NCBI GenBank assembly: GCA_000165425.1
Contig: CT867994.1
Coordinates: forward strand, 1 to 64,000
Reading direction: 5' to 3'
Source of the DNA: Paramecium tetraurelia
Taxonomy: Eukaryota
Length of the DNA: 64,000 nt
In this document: in pieces, positions 11,626 to 29,308 of the stretch
Layout: each line of letters starts with the position of its first letter
Position numbering within the stretch: the first letter of the stretch is position 1
Notes under the pieces: model-generated
The model's input: the letters and a program-made list of their open reading frames with translations, nothing else
Databases searched by the model: none
What the model was told of the DNA's origin: nothing
Program-made: the position numbers and the translations under genes

Positions 11626-14321
11626 TCAGCAACAGGAAAATGATTTCCCATTATAATCCTCCAGTGAAATAATGGAGTTTCTGTTATATGGTTTATTACA
11701 TTTTTTACATCTAAAAGCTGAGAGGTATTCTAGAGCATTTTCGCAAATATAAAACGCTTAATCATTAATATTTAACTGCTTCATAATTTTTTGACAAACT
11801 CTCTTACAATAATAGCAGGCATTCTTTTACTTTTCTTTTAAGCATTTAGATTTACAATCTGCACATTCACCCAAATTTGTTAATTATTTTATCTAGCTAT
11901 TTAGAGGAGTTTGAAATATATAGTTACAACATTTGCATTCTTAATTTATTTTATTACTCTACTCAGTTAAACAAAAATTGCAATTAAATTTAAATTTCTT
12001 GTCTTTCAAATTGTTAAGCTAATCCATATCACCTTTAACAAATTCATCGCAATCATAACAAATTCCATTTATATTGCTAATTAATTCTTTTGGACATTTA
12101 TTTTCATTAATCTTGGATTGTTAATTAATTTCTGGGAGATTTAATTTTTTACATAAATAACTACAATCCTTATGCTATGTCTTTTTGAATTCTTCAATTC
12201 CTTTATTTTTTCTATTCGTCTCATCTTTATCTAAATCTGATTCCCAATACTGATCGGTTTAGATAGATGGATCTGAAAGGATATTATTACACCCTTGTAA
12301 ATCCATAATTACTAAAAGTTTATTACTAATTTAGTATGTAAAATGACTAAATGCTGAATAAAAATATTTATTTTATTCGATATAAGCACTGTTGGTTGTA
12401 TACTTTTCAAATTTAAATTGAATTTGCAAGAAAGTTTCGCCATAAACTTTTGTCATTCCGAAAAATGGCTTATCTAAAGTATACAAAATTGGGTGAGCAT
12501 AAAAAAGAGGTTGCATTTCATTAAGCAAATTACTTTCATTTAACTTCTGATTGAACAAATATGCCATTTGACAAGCGTAACAAGATGAGTAAAATCTTGT
12601 TTATGCAAGTTCTTCAGCTTCTGAGATTTCTTAAACACTGATTTTGCCTTGGTTATCAACAAGTTTTTTTGGAATTTTAATAATAATTTCCCTATTATTT
12701 ATGGCATCAAAGGCCTTAAATATATATGTAGATGAATTATCATTTTCTTTATTTAATTCATTTTTGTCTACTATTACTTTTAGACCTGTGACGCCTGTTC
12801 TTTTTATGGAATTAATCATATTAAAATAGCTTTTCCAATATTCTTCATCTTTACCTTCAGAAAAAGTATCTAATTTCAGTTTTTCAAATTCTGCTTTAAA
12901 ATATTAGATTTTTATTATTAATTTATGATTTTAGCTTCTTCGATTCTGTTACAGACATTCGCAACGTAAACCCAACTACTTCAATTAAGTCTTCAGGTTT
13001 CTTTTCTGATGTTATTATCATCAAAGGCATAACTGCTTTCATTTTTTGAAACATAATGTCTGTTCGATTGTTGATTTTAACACAACATAAAAAATTATTC
13101 TTTTTAATTTGTTTATATTTTTCCAAAACATCTTCAAAATAATTCTTTGGCATCTTATCAATTAAATTGTCTGATTCAATGTTATGATAGTCTCCACCAT
13201 GGCAAGGAGCATCTGCAATTAAAAATGTACATAGTATGCTATCTGGATTATGAGAAAAATCAAGTTTTAAAGCTAGCTCGAAAGCAGAAACTATATCCTC
13301 TGCTTCATCGTCTCCTCCCTTAGCCTCTAATTTTGAAATATAATCCTAAATTTCATCAATTTTTTTAGTAAAACTCCAATAAACAAGCTTTTCCTCATTA
13401 TCCCATATATCTCTGTATCCTATGAAAGCCACTCTAACTTGATATCCATTGACAGAATTTAAAAATTAATCTATTATTTTAGCTATTGTCTACTGCATAG
13501 TCTCTTTCCAAGGCCTCATAGATCCGGTTAAATCCATAACAATAACAACGTCAATCATATTTTATTCTTAAAACCACTTTTTATAATGTTCAAACTCTGA
13601 TTTTTCGCATAATAATTAAATTTCATTGAAATCAGGTGTTGAATGAATTTTTTTTTTTCTTTCTTGAGCGATGGTGATACAAGACTTTAAAGCATTTTTT
13701 TTAATTTATTTTTGTGTTAATTTTTTCCCAATCGGTATGATTTTTAATGCACTTTTTATTTGGACACAAACCCTTCAGATAGAGTATGCAATAATCATTT
13801 AACCAAGGAGGATGTTTACCGCAATTACATTTTTCTTTCTCGCATAAATCTTCTGGCGTAGTGTCCTGATTCAATGAACAAGATCTAGCTCTTTCTTTTA
13901 ATATGTCCAACTCCCAACGCACATGTTCTAACTCACATTGTTTATTTCTACAACTGCCTTTTAGAATTTGATTAAAACACACTTTTTCAGCCCATTTTCT
14001 ATGTAGATATCCGCAATTTTCGAATCCACAACTCTTGGGACATAGATTGTGAGGAAATATCCCATTTATCGTTTATTTAGACAATTAATCGCTAAATTTG
14101 TCATTTTAAAAGTGCCACAAATTACAGTCTTTTTTATTGCATTTTGTTTATTCATACTCTTCACCTCCTTCATCATAAAATTATTGCTCATTCCTTAAAT
14201 ATTCTACGCAAACTCCAACAAATACTCTCGAATGATTTAGTTAGCAAGAGTTATCTTTGCAATATATCGACTAGAGACAGATTTCTGTGAATATATAAGG
14301 TTTTTATTCTTTTTAATCCAT
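11626..14321 (-). CDS. CCCH-type Zn fingers + VWA + alpha-kinase (VwkA/eEF2K-like) + C-terminal CxxC region; two +1 frameshifts as assembled
   Basis: N-terminal repeated C-x-C-x-C-H motifs; VWA MIDAS-type IDVVIVMDLTGSM, VAFIGYRD, GGDDEAED and LIADAPCHG; alpha-kinase FEKYTTNS...AFSHFTY...LVIMDLQG...LSDPSIQT. The frame slips by one base near 13721-13726 and again near 12898-12913. Confidence 0.85.
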
Positions 14322-14970
14322 AATAATTAATAGAAATCAAAATATCGATCTCAATTTTAACGAGTTTATTTCTATTAATTATTCATATATCGGTATATAT
14401 TAGAATAAATCACTGTCTTCTGATAATCTAGGAAATTAATTGTTTAGTTTCTTTAGGTGAATCTAACCTTATATCAAAATCTCATAGCTATTAAATTTAC
14501 AGATAGATTATGTCAATATTATACAAAAGAACTAAGAGATTTGAATTCTAATTTAGAATTGCAAGGGCTCCATTAATAATTGTAATAAAAAAGCTGATAA
14601 CCTTTATCAAACAAAAGAGGACAATTAAAAATTTTGATACCAATATATCGGGATTGATGGGGTGGGATAATGCAATAATTATATCATATCATATATTTAT
14701 TCACACTTGATGAAATAACAACAAAGCGCAACTACAGTAGGAAATCATATTTTATCAATAAAATATTCAGGAGTTATATAATATAGAGAGTATAATTTTC
14801 TATTGTGATATTTACTATTATTTACGGAGACAAAAAAGGAGTTATTTCTTGATAATTAAAACAAATTGATTAGGTATTAGAGTGTTATCTTCTATCTATC
14901 TAGTTAATATATATATAATTATAATTTTAATCCAATTTAAACATAAATTAAAATTAATATATATATAATA

Positions 14971-16752
14971 ATGAATAGTAATTTATTAATGCAAGGGTTT
15001 TATAATTAGGTTAAGTCATTGATGCAATCTAATCATGAGGAACCTAATTATGATGATAATTATAAATGCTTTTGTGGTTAATAGATCAGGTGTGACCCGT
15101 TTGATGACTTATACAATCACATTTCTAATTGCAAAAAATTTCTTAGTGAATCAATGTTTTATAAAGAATTTGAAAAGCTTCGATTGAATATCTTTAAGCT
15201 ACCCTAACTTTATACATTGAAAGCAGAATTTCTGTTTATCATAAATCAAATTGATGAAATTATCAATAAAAGTAAAAATATATTCATTTTAGTAGAAGAA
15301 ATTAGTTAAGTTAATTCACCTAGAAGTGCTAATAGATAATTAAAATAATAAATACCACCATAATCCCAATTCTCATAAAAATAAGTAATGTTATTTTATT
15401 GAAATTTCAGTCGTTCAATAATATTCACAAAAAATACTTCCCAACGAAGAGTCGAGAATAAGAAATCAAGTAGAAATGCTCTGTTTGTGGAAAATTAGAT
15501 AATAATGAGGATGAGATGGAAACAGTTTATAATTTTTAAATTTGCCAACATGCTCATTGTCTTGGTTGCATTAGGAAATTAATAAATTAACAATATATTC
15601 TAAAATCAGGGTGTGTGTAATGTTCATATTGTTAAAAGTAATTGAGTTAATAAGAAATTGAAAAGTATGTAGGTTCAGAGAGATTGTTATACTTATAAAA
15701 AAAGTTAAGAACAGGTGAATCGCCTGCTTAATAAAAATTATAATGTTCATTTTGTTATAGATACATAAACAACAAAGATATTAAATCTGGTCAAAGGCCA
15801 GTTTGTAATTAATAAGAATGCTAATAAAAAAATTTATAAGCGTGTTAAAAACTAATTAGTTGCAAACATTTTTGTTCTGGATATAAGGATGAGAAAAAAT
15901 GTTTGGGTTGTCTTGGATGTACCAACTAAAAGTTATCTGAAGAATATTGTACAATATGTTTTACAGAATCTTTATATGAAGGTCCTTGTATATAGGCAGC
16001 TTGCGGTCATGTAAATAATATTTGATAATATTAAATCAGCTATTTCACTTCTACTGTTTAAATAAGAAATTAGACAAGAAATGGACAAGTATGTATATAT
16101 CTTTTGGTTTTTGTTGTTGTTCAATTTGTAAAAGATGGATGGTATTTATATATATAAATAATAAAGGAATTTCCCAACGATTCAATTTCATAGTAGAAAA
16201 TGATTGAATATTAGGAATTACAACAATTAGTTCGTAAATAAGCCTCTTTGAGAATGGGAAAAATGGGAGATAGTTAAATATTAAAAGTTGAAGATGCTTT
16301 GGATATTTTTGCCTTTTATCAATGTTATAAATGCAAGAAACCATATTTTGGAGGAAAGAAAGATTGTTAATTAGAATTAGAGGCTGAATCGAATAGACAA
16401 AGTCAATAGGATTTAATTTGCCCTTCATGCTGTGGACAATAAATAAATGGTTGTAAGACTCATGGAACTGAGTATCTTGAGTATAAATGCAGATATTGTT
16501 GTAACATTGCAACATATTTTTGTTGGTATTATAAATAGACATAAGAATAGGGGGACTACTCATTTTTGTTAAACTTGTCATACAAAATAGTCGGGAGGGA
16601 AATATTTGACTTAATTGAAGAAGGAGGAATTGCCGTAATGCTAAGGAAAGGGTAAATGTCCAATAGGTGGGAATCATGCAATAAATGGATAGGAATAATG
16701 TTTAGGATGTGGTAAATATTTAAATAATTATTAAGGACTTTGTAATAATTGA
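14971..16752 (+). CDS. MYCBP2/Highwire/RPM-1-type RING-Cys-Relay (RCR) E3 ubiquitin ligase with extra N-terminal Zn finger/RING
   Basis: [123 protein letters not shown]...CLGCG. These motifs are colinear with the MYCBP2 C-terminus. Several tiny introns. Confidence 0.9.
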
Positions 16753-16837
16753 TGAATTAGGAAAAAATATTGTACTGCTTTAATAAAATATAATATTAAT
16801 ATAAGTATTAAAAGATATTTCAAAATTGTATTGTTTC

Positions 16838-17410
16838 TCAAGGAATTTATTTCAATGATTTGAGTTTTTGAATTTCCTAGCACTTCTTTTCATAAGCTGA
16901 TTAAATTTGATGATTATGATCAAGAACCTTTTATAAACATTAAGATAATTTCTACTCTTCTAAGGAATATTAAGTTTTAGCAATTTCTAAGAAGGAGATT
17001 TTATCCATTAAGACTTTGGCATGAGCTTTGATTGGTTACATGATTTTTTTTTGTTTGGTTTCGATTTCAACCAATTGTTGTTCCAAATCCGTCACCTATA
17101 ATTAGAGATGTGTTATGTAACATTGATCCTTCTCATGTTAATATTTATAGTTTTCAATTTTTTTGAGTTAATCATCTTCATTCTATTATTTGCAATCATT
17201 ATCAAATCTTATACTGTCAAGTATGCCTCTGGTTGTTTCTTCATCTCTTGTAGTAGAGTTTACAAGTTTATCAAAAGGTTACTACTTTAAAAGAGTAGCA
17301 GATTTAACTCTCTTTTTCGTGCTCAAAGGAGGGGTGGTAGTTCTTGATTGTTTGATATGCTATGATATTTTAAGAATATTTTAATAGCTCTGTTACATCG
17401 AAGTCTTCAT
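16838..17410 (-). CDS. Hypothetical coiled-coil protein
   Basis: Open table-6 frame MKTSMQQSYQNILKISQ...EKKCQEIQKLKSLKQIP* with one probable tiny intron near 17100. Confidence 0.65.
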
Positions 17411-17453
17411 TAACTGCTTAAATGCAATAATAATTAATATAAATATATATATA

Positions 17454-20427
17454 ATGGATCAAGAAGAAGAGTAAGGATATTTTTTGAATATGACTTTGCT
17501 GTACGTTTATGTCTTAACACTATTAGTAAAAAGAGCTTTGTTTCAGCCTTCAAGGATCAATCACAAGTCCATCAAATTTTATCGAATATCTAATTTAGTG
17601 TACTTAAGGGATTTAAAATCAGATTGGCGTAAAAGATTATTTTTATTATTCTTTTAAATAGTGCAAATGAACAGATCGATGATGTGGATTTTGATAAGAT
17701 AATCTTTCTATTTGATGGTTAAAAAGTTACTTCGAACTCTATGAGTCACATCCTAATTAATTCAGAGTAAAAAATTAATTATAAGCTAATAGAAATGCTA
17801 ATTATTTATCTCCTAAAACTTATTACAAGATATTACAACCCTTTACTTCAAATCTCAAGATGTTGTCCCTTAATATTATGGATAATGCAGGTCTTTCTAT
17901 AGTAGAATGGCTAAAGCAATTATCTTTGATAATCTAATCTTGTGTTCAATTAGAATAATTATATATCTAGATTCACAAATTTGTTACAATTATCTTGAAT
18001 AAAGGTTACCTTTAAATCAAACTTAAGTAAACCTTACATTTAAATTAGATGCGGCATTACTAATGATGGCACTAGTATTGAATAATTGGCATAACTTGGT
18101 TCCAAATTGCAATTTAATAAATTCCGATTAAAAATAGATGAAGATAACGTTATTAAAAATAGTCTAGATCATTTTGGTCCAATTCTTCTGAATTGCAATA
18201 ATTTGAATTATTTCTCATTAACAATTGGGTAATTGATTTATTCTATTAACAATAAGATAATCATGCTAATTAAATTCAACCTAATTCCTCTAATGTTTGA
18301 ATTTACAACCAATTAAGACCTTTAAAATAAAAATTGGCAATTCGAACGAAATTGGAAATCAAGCCTTATTAACAATTTTGTAATTGATTCAGAATTAATT
18401 GAGATTTCTCAAACTTTAAGTTGGGTAAATTCTTTAAATATACTATTTTAGTAGTTCAACCAAAATATTTAAACAATTTTAGTTACAATCGTAGTATAAT
18501 GAAGTGACTATGAATCAATCTTAATTTAATAAATTAGAATAATTGAATTTTAAAATTGGTAAGAACAATGACTTTCAAAATGGTGGAGCCAAATTCTTAG
18601 CCTTATTATTAGACTCACCACAACTATAGATGGTAAAAATCAATATCGGAGATTCTAATTAAATGACAGATCTATAAGCCTTATCGATCTTTATATTACT
18701 TTAAAAGTTAAGAACAGTAAATATATTGGAATTAGAATTTGAGTAATTTGATTATAATATTAAATAGAAGGAATATCTGTGTTAATAAATTGTGCTTAGA
18801 ATAATTAGAGAAGCTTATCAATAAAAGCAGCAATTTAAATAGTCTTTCTTTAAATTTTGCAAAACAATAATAAAATTTAGATTTTACCAATTTATTTTAC
18901 ACTCTTGGGCAGAAGAGAAATCTAGTTAATTTAGATCTGAGCATAGGTGGACAATAAGGTTTACCTGATTTATTTGAATTAGGTCAAAGACTTAAAGAAT
19001 TAGAGTATCTGAGTGTTTTCAAGATACATTTGAAGGGTAATAATAATATAGAGTATCCAAAATTACAGTAATTCTTATAATTAGTAAAATCTAATAAGAC
19101 TCTTAACTTACTATCAATTAAAACAGGATCTTAGAAATCTAGTGAGTATAGATAAGAAGAAATGAATTCAAATGCACTTCTATTAAAAAGGATTTGCCTC
19201 TTTGGAACACCAATAATTATATATTTTAGTCACTTAAATGATCAAATAAGTTATTAATATAATTTCGATAGATTATAATTGATTGGAAATCTGCAAGTGA
19301 TTTCAAGAGATACATTAATGCCTATTCCTTCAAATTAATTGGTACTTTAGATAAGGGATGTATAAAGAGTAGATAATTAATAATTGAAATAAATTTATTC
19401 CTTGATTAAATAATAGGACTACATAGATATTCAAATATCTTAATTGCTTATCAAATATTAAAATGGAGTTTCCGTGATGAAAGCAGACTCACTTAATTAT
19501 CTAGTCTAATTTGTAGCATTTACTTAAAGACAAATAACTGAAATTAAAATGTATAAAAAATATAATAATTTTGCAGTTAGGAAGAAGATTTTCTATGGTA
19601 AGGAATCAGCTAATTACTCCTTGAGTTCATCAGAAGGTAAAGAACAGCGGAAATTCCAGAATTTAAATTTATTTCGAAGAATATTAGCATCATTTTACAA
19701 AATAGTTCCTTAGAAATAAAAGCGTAATATTTTAAACAATTACTTTTAGTAAGGACCCTATGGAACTAAATTAAGAAGGTTTTTCAGAGTTTTGTGAATT
19801 GCTATTTTTGATTTCTTACTTTGAAGTTAGATTTCTAAAAATAGAATTTCCAATAACAAATTTCAGTTAAGATTGGAATTAATTAAGTAGTGCTTTGGTA
19901 CACTTTGAATAATTACAAAAACTAGATTTGAATTTGAAGAATCTATCTAACAATGAGGGTCATTGTCGAGATTATAAATCACTCCATTAAAATTTGTTGA
20001 AGGTATTTATGGAGAATAAATATCTCACAGATTATGATTAGTAAGAAGTTTGAATATATAAATTAGTTTTAGCGAAAAGGCAGTGTTTCCCATTACTTTA
20101 CAATATCATTTAGGAAATCAAATAAAAGAGTTGGAAGGACAAATTAACTAATAAGAGGCCTAAGTTCAAAGGATTTTGAATGGCAATCCAATTCCTGGAG
20201 ATCAAAATGTTGACTTTGATCAACTGTAATAGAGTCTAAATGCCAACAAGAAGGATTTAGAGGAGAGAAATAAGGACATAAAGAGAGGCAAGGAATTCGA
20301 TGGGATAAAATAGAAAGTATTATTGAGAAGAAGGAGATTGACTTATTAGTACTTTATGGCAATAAAGAAATATTCTTAAAGGTTGAACAAATAATAAATG
20401 ATATCTGATATTATTGAAATGTTATGA
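17454..20427 (+). CDS. Leucine-rich repeat (RNI-like) protein
   Basis: LxxLxLx repeats (LEQLNFKIGKNN, LVNLDLSIGG, LQKLDLNLKNL), many tiny GT..AG introns, C-terminal coiled coil ending MISDIIEML*. One intron near 19475 is uncertain, so this could be two genes. Confidence 0.7.
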
Positions 20428-20483
20428 AGTTATTGTGATCGATTTTATATATAAATGTAGGAAATTTAAATTAATATTATTTT

Positions 20484-22952
<2,469 letters not shown>

Positions 22953-22986
22953 TTTCAATATAATTGTTAAATATATTTTTAATAAT

Positions 22987-25339
<2,353 letters not shown>

Positions 25340-25410
25340 TTGATCAATTAACCGGTTTAAATTTAAATAAATTAACAATCAAATATTAGTATAATTAAAT
25401 ATGCATGTCC

Positions 25411-28346
25411 TCATTATTACTATTATTATAAAATCTATAATTTAGTGAGCAATTCCTTATTTATTTTCTTCTAATTCTCCAATTAAGAGTCCTTCTCCGT
25501 TATGATTTCTGCCATATTATTCGCAATGTGTTATAAATACTTAATATCCTTACTACTTCCCGTCATTGATTTTCCTGACTTCCCTTTTGTGTATCTGACA
25601 TCTTGTTCATATGCAATCTTCAAACTATACATATAAAATTATTTAATTACCTTCTCAATGTAGCTTCCAAATGCATTATCTGATTCTTCAATCGATTCAC
25701 TTCACCATCACCATCTAAACTATTTTATAGAATATTTTATTTACTTTGACATACTCTAACTTATATCAATTGAATATTTCTCCGCATCATCTAATTGGAT
25801 CATAGATTAAGCTACAGGTTTAATATCCTTTGAAATAGGTCTCTCAAATTATAATCTCTAAAAATCTTTTTGAATTATTTATGGCTATTTCATTCCTTTC
25901 TCCAAAGCCAAACTCTCATATTTCTTTTTTTCATGAATTAATTGATTCTAAAATCCTTCAATAACCTTCTCCAAGTCATCTATTTTTTATTAGGCTAAAA
26001 TATGGTCCTTATTTGCTGCCTCTAACATTAAATCCTTCTTAGTAATATCTTCCTTTAATTACTCAATCTATTTCTTTGCTTCATTCAAATCTTATGATTG
26101 TTATTATCGCTTCAATCTTTTTTGCAATTAGGAGATCTCCTCTTTCTAATTTGAACTGGATTCTGTTAGTTCCAATAATTAAGTTTTGTACATGTTGATA
26201 TCCTGTTATAAAAATACTTTTTAATCATTTAAATTATGCATGATCTTCTTTTGATTTGTACATTCTTCTTCAAGTAAATAATAATTCTTAGTGCAATTAT
26301 TTAATTACTCAGTTAGCGTTTAAATCTATTATATTTGTAAAATTCATACTTATTTCTTTTATTTTTGGATTGTTTCATTGTCCTTTTATTAGTTAACTTT
26401 ATATTACTCAATATCTTATTTTAATTTCACGTTCTCATTTATTTAAATGTACAAGTCCATATTATTTTTCTTTTCTTTTTTTTTAATAGGACTGGCTTTC
26501 TCCTCCTTATTATTTTCTGAACTAACTATAACTGATTAAAACTTATGATCGGCTCTCTACTTGCCTTATTATTCTTCCTTATTAAGTTAATTAGTTTATT
26601 CATTTTATTTACTATTAACATTCTCTACTTATTATTTATTTTCTATATCTTTTGTTTACTATTCTTATTATTCAATCTACTATGATTAATTCGATGCTGC
26701 ATCAATTTTTGGTTACTAAGCATCTATTTATTATTACTATAATTATTGTTGCTATTATTGTTATTGTTATTATTATTGCTATTATTCATATTATTATTGC
26801 TATTACTATTATTATTATTATTCTTACTATTATTATTATTCTTACAATTATAATTATTCTTATTATTCTTATTGTTATTATTCTTGTTTTTGTTATTATT
26901 ATTATTTTTACTATTACTAATCTTATTCTTCTTTATCTTATTATTATGATTCTTAAATTATTTCTTTTTATTATTATTCTTAAATTGTGTCGTTTTATTA
27001 TTTTTCCTCATTATTTTAATCGTTTTCTTATTCTTAGATTTTAGTTTCATCAACCTATTAAATTATTTCATCAGATTTAGTCCGAGTTATTATAGCTGTT
27101 GATTCGATAGGTTTTTTCTGCTCCTCTATGGCTTGAACATTTTATTAATCTTCAATATTTACCTTTTATTCTATAATTTAATGTTATTATTATTCAAGTT
27201 CTGATTTGTGTTCATCTACTTATTCATCCTACTCTTTGGATTGCGATTACTCAATAGATTCTGTTGCTTTTTGCAATTCCTATTATTCAATTAATTATTA
27301 ATTTTAGAGAATTTTGATTTCTTCTTATTCTCTATCCTATTTTATTATTTAAGATTCAACTGATTTATCATTTAATTGCTCTTATGCTATGTCTTTTATA
27401 TTGTCTTTTCCTTCCTCTTTTAAAATTTCATCCTATTGCACCTATTGTAGAATTTGCTCCTATTGTTCATCTTTAGGATTTTCATCCCCTTACTATTCTA
27501 ATTCCTATTCTTCAGCCTCATCTGATTCATCCTCATCCTCACTTTCTCCAATTTATTACGTTTCCTAATCCTTCCATATACCTTTGCCATAAAATCCTTT
27601 AATGACAGTCAGAATTATATCTCTTTATGAATTATCTGCGGCTTTCATTTAAAATTGATTTGTTTAATCTACTCTTAGGATGAAACTCTCGCTAGTCCCT
27701 TGCTTAGACGAGCATGATGGATATTGTGCTTGCAAGGGAACTTGAATATGATGAATAGTTTGATCATTCTTTTTTAGTTCTAATTCCATATTTTTAAGGG
27801 TTATTTTGAGTATGCAATTGATTGGCAATTCTGCTTCCTTTTTAATTAATATTTTAGTACAATTTCAAAATCTTTGCTTAATATTTATTCTAAAGTGACA
27901 AATACAGTCATTTTCTCATTGTCCAATAATTCGTCGATTTCTTCTTGAATAGTCTCATCCTTAAGCAATGGCCCTATTTCTAATGACTTAGGCATTCCTT
28001 CATATTGTCTACCCTCTTTGATAGGCACAACTTGGATCATGAACTTAGAACCAACATCCTCTATACTAGGTTGATAAGAGTTTCCTGTTATTCCCAAAGT
28101 ATTGAAATCATTGCTTGGTGAGATCTAAAACCACTTGATGTCAGTTTCCAACTTCTCATTATCTTCTTTTACTAAAATACAGTTACCAACAACAGAGATG
28201 GCTTCTATTACAATCCTATCGCTATGAATCTTTCCTCCATTAACCTGTAGATTAAAGAAATTTTCATCGAAGATGATTTTTTTAGTTTCCTTTTTCTTCT
28301 GAGATCCATTGAAGAACGAAAAGAAATCATTTTTTTTTTCATTCAT
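25411..28346 (-). CDS. Large protein: N-terminal Ig-like (AIR9-type) segment, acidic/Gln-rich low-complexity middle, C-terminal coiled coil
   Basis: ORF-track pieces 28125-28346 and 27885-28097 join under table 6 (DIKWFQ...GNSYQPSIEDVGSKFMIQVVP). E/Q/N-rich tract at 26500-27560; TGA at 25411-25413. Confidence 0.75.
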
Positions 28347-28454
28347 TTTTATTAATTTATATTTTTATATGAATTGACATATCACTTCTGCTTTTAATTA
28401 GATATAAATAACTAAGCTATTAACAATACTAAGATAATTATATTAAATTTAAAT

Positions 28455-28926
28455 ATGGGAAATTTTATAGAAACACTTTCAGATCCATCATTTAAGAATC
28501 TATATCATCATAATGAATATTTCACAATCAAAGATTTCAATGAATAATATTTGAAAACATTTGAGTAAAATTTAGAAATATTCTAAAAGCAAAACCAAAA
28601 TTGATCAATTCTACGCATCATTTGACTTTCAAAATTACATTCTACACAAAAAAGCAGAAAATCAAGTGTTTGTAGATCTAGGCAAAGTTATTAATGCCAA
28701 TTGGATATTCTAAAGTCCAAAAATAATGTTGTTAATTAAAAAGTCATTTTTCACTTTCTATTATTATGAAGTGGCATTCCAATCAAACTTAAACGAATAT
28801 AAATTATGTCTTAATACTGATGATTAACGACACTGCATTCAAATATTAAATTAAAAATAATTAGCCTTATATGAATTGCAAAGGGAAAAAATGAAATTTT
28901 CAGCTGAAGAGGTGAAAAAATTATGA
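28455..28926 (+). CDS. Hypothetical protein (148 aa)
   Basis: MGNFIETLSDPSF...SAEEVKKL* is open after removing one 25-nt GT..AG intron. Confidence 0.7.
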
Positions 28927-29071
28927 AAGCTAGTTTGTTTATGAAAATATAATATTTAATTTTCATTTATCTCCCTTAAATTTACAATATTATTGAATGA
29001 TCAAAAATCTAAGACGAACCAAAATAAGACTTATTATTACATATAAATTCACAGAAAATCAATCTTTATCT

Positions 29072-29308
29072 TCACAGCCATTTAAAAGAATCTTTCCAGT
29101 TACTTTATTAGTTTTCTTAGCTTCTTTTTAATTTATTCATGGGATAATCCTCAATAATGGTTTTACTAAGACATGATTAAATTATTGTGAAAGCCTGGGC
29201 AGAGATATATTAATTATTTTCTAAGTTTTCATCATCTATCTCGGAAATTAAGTGATTTTTGCTCATTTGGCTTAAGGGAGTTGAAAAGTAATCCTTAATA
29301 TTATTCAT
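29072..29308 (-). CDS. Small hypothetical protein (78 aa)
   Basis: Open frame MNNIKDYFSTPLSQM...SNWKDSFKWL*; no recognisable motif. Confidence 0.35.

Noticed and set aside
16051..16677. 208-aa minus-strand ORF, the longest in the track
   Set aside because: It lies antisense to the well-conserved RCR ligase and has no motif of its own.
19549..19800. Separate gene starting ATGTATAAA just after a TGA at 19539-19541
   Set aside because: That frame closes quickly. The sequence is better explained as intron plus continuation of the LRR gene, though a two-gene model is not excluded.
26652..27044. 130-aa poly-Ile 'membrane protein' ORF on +
   Set aside because: It is the antisense shadow of the Gln/Glu/Asn-rich tract (TAA/GAA/AAT codons) of the minus-strand gene.
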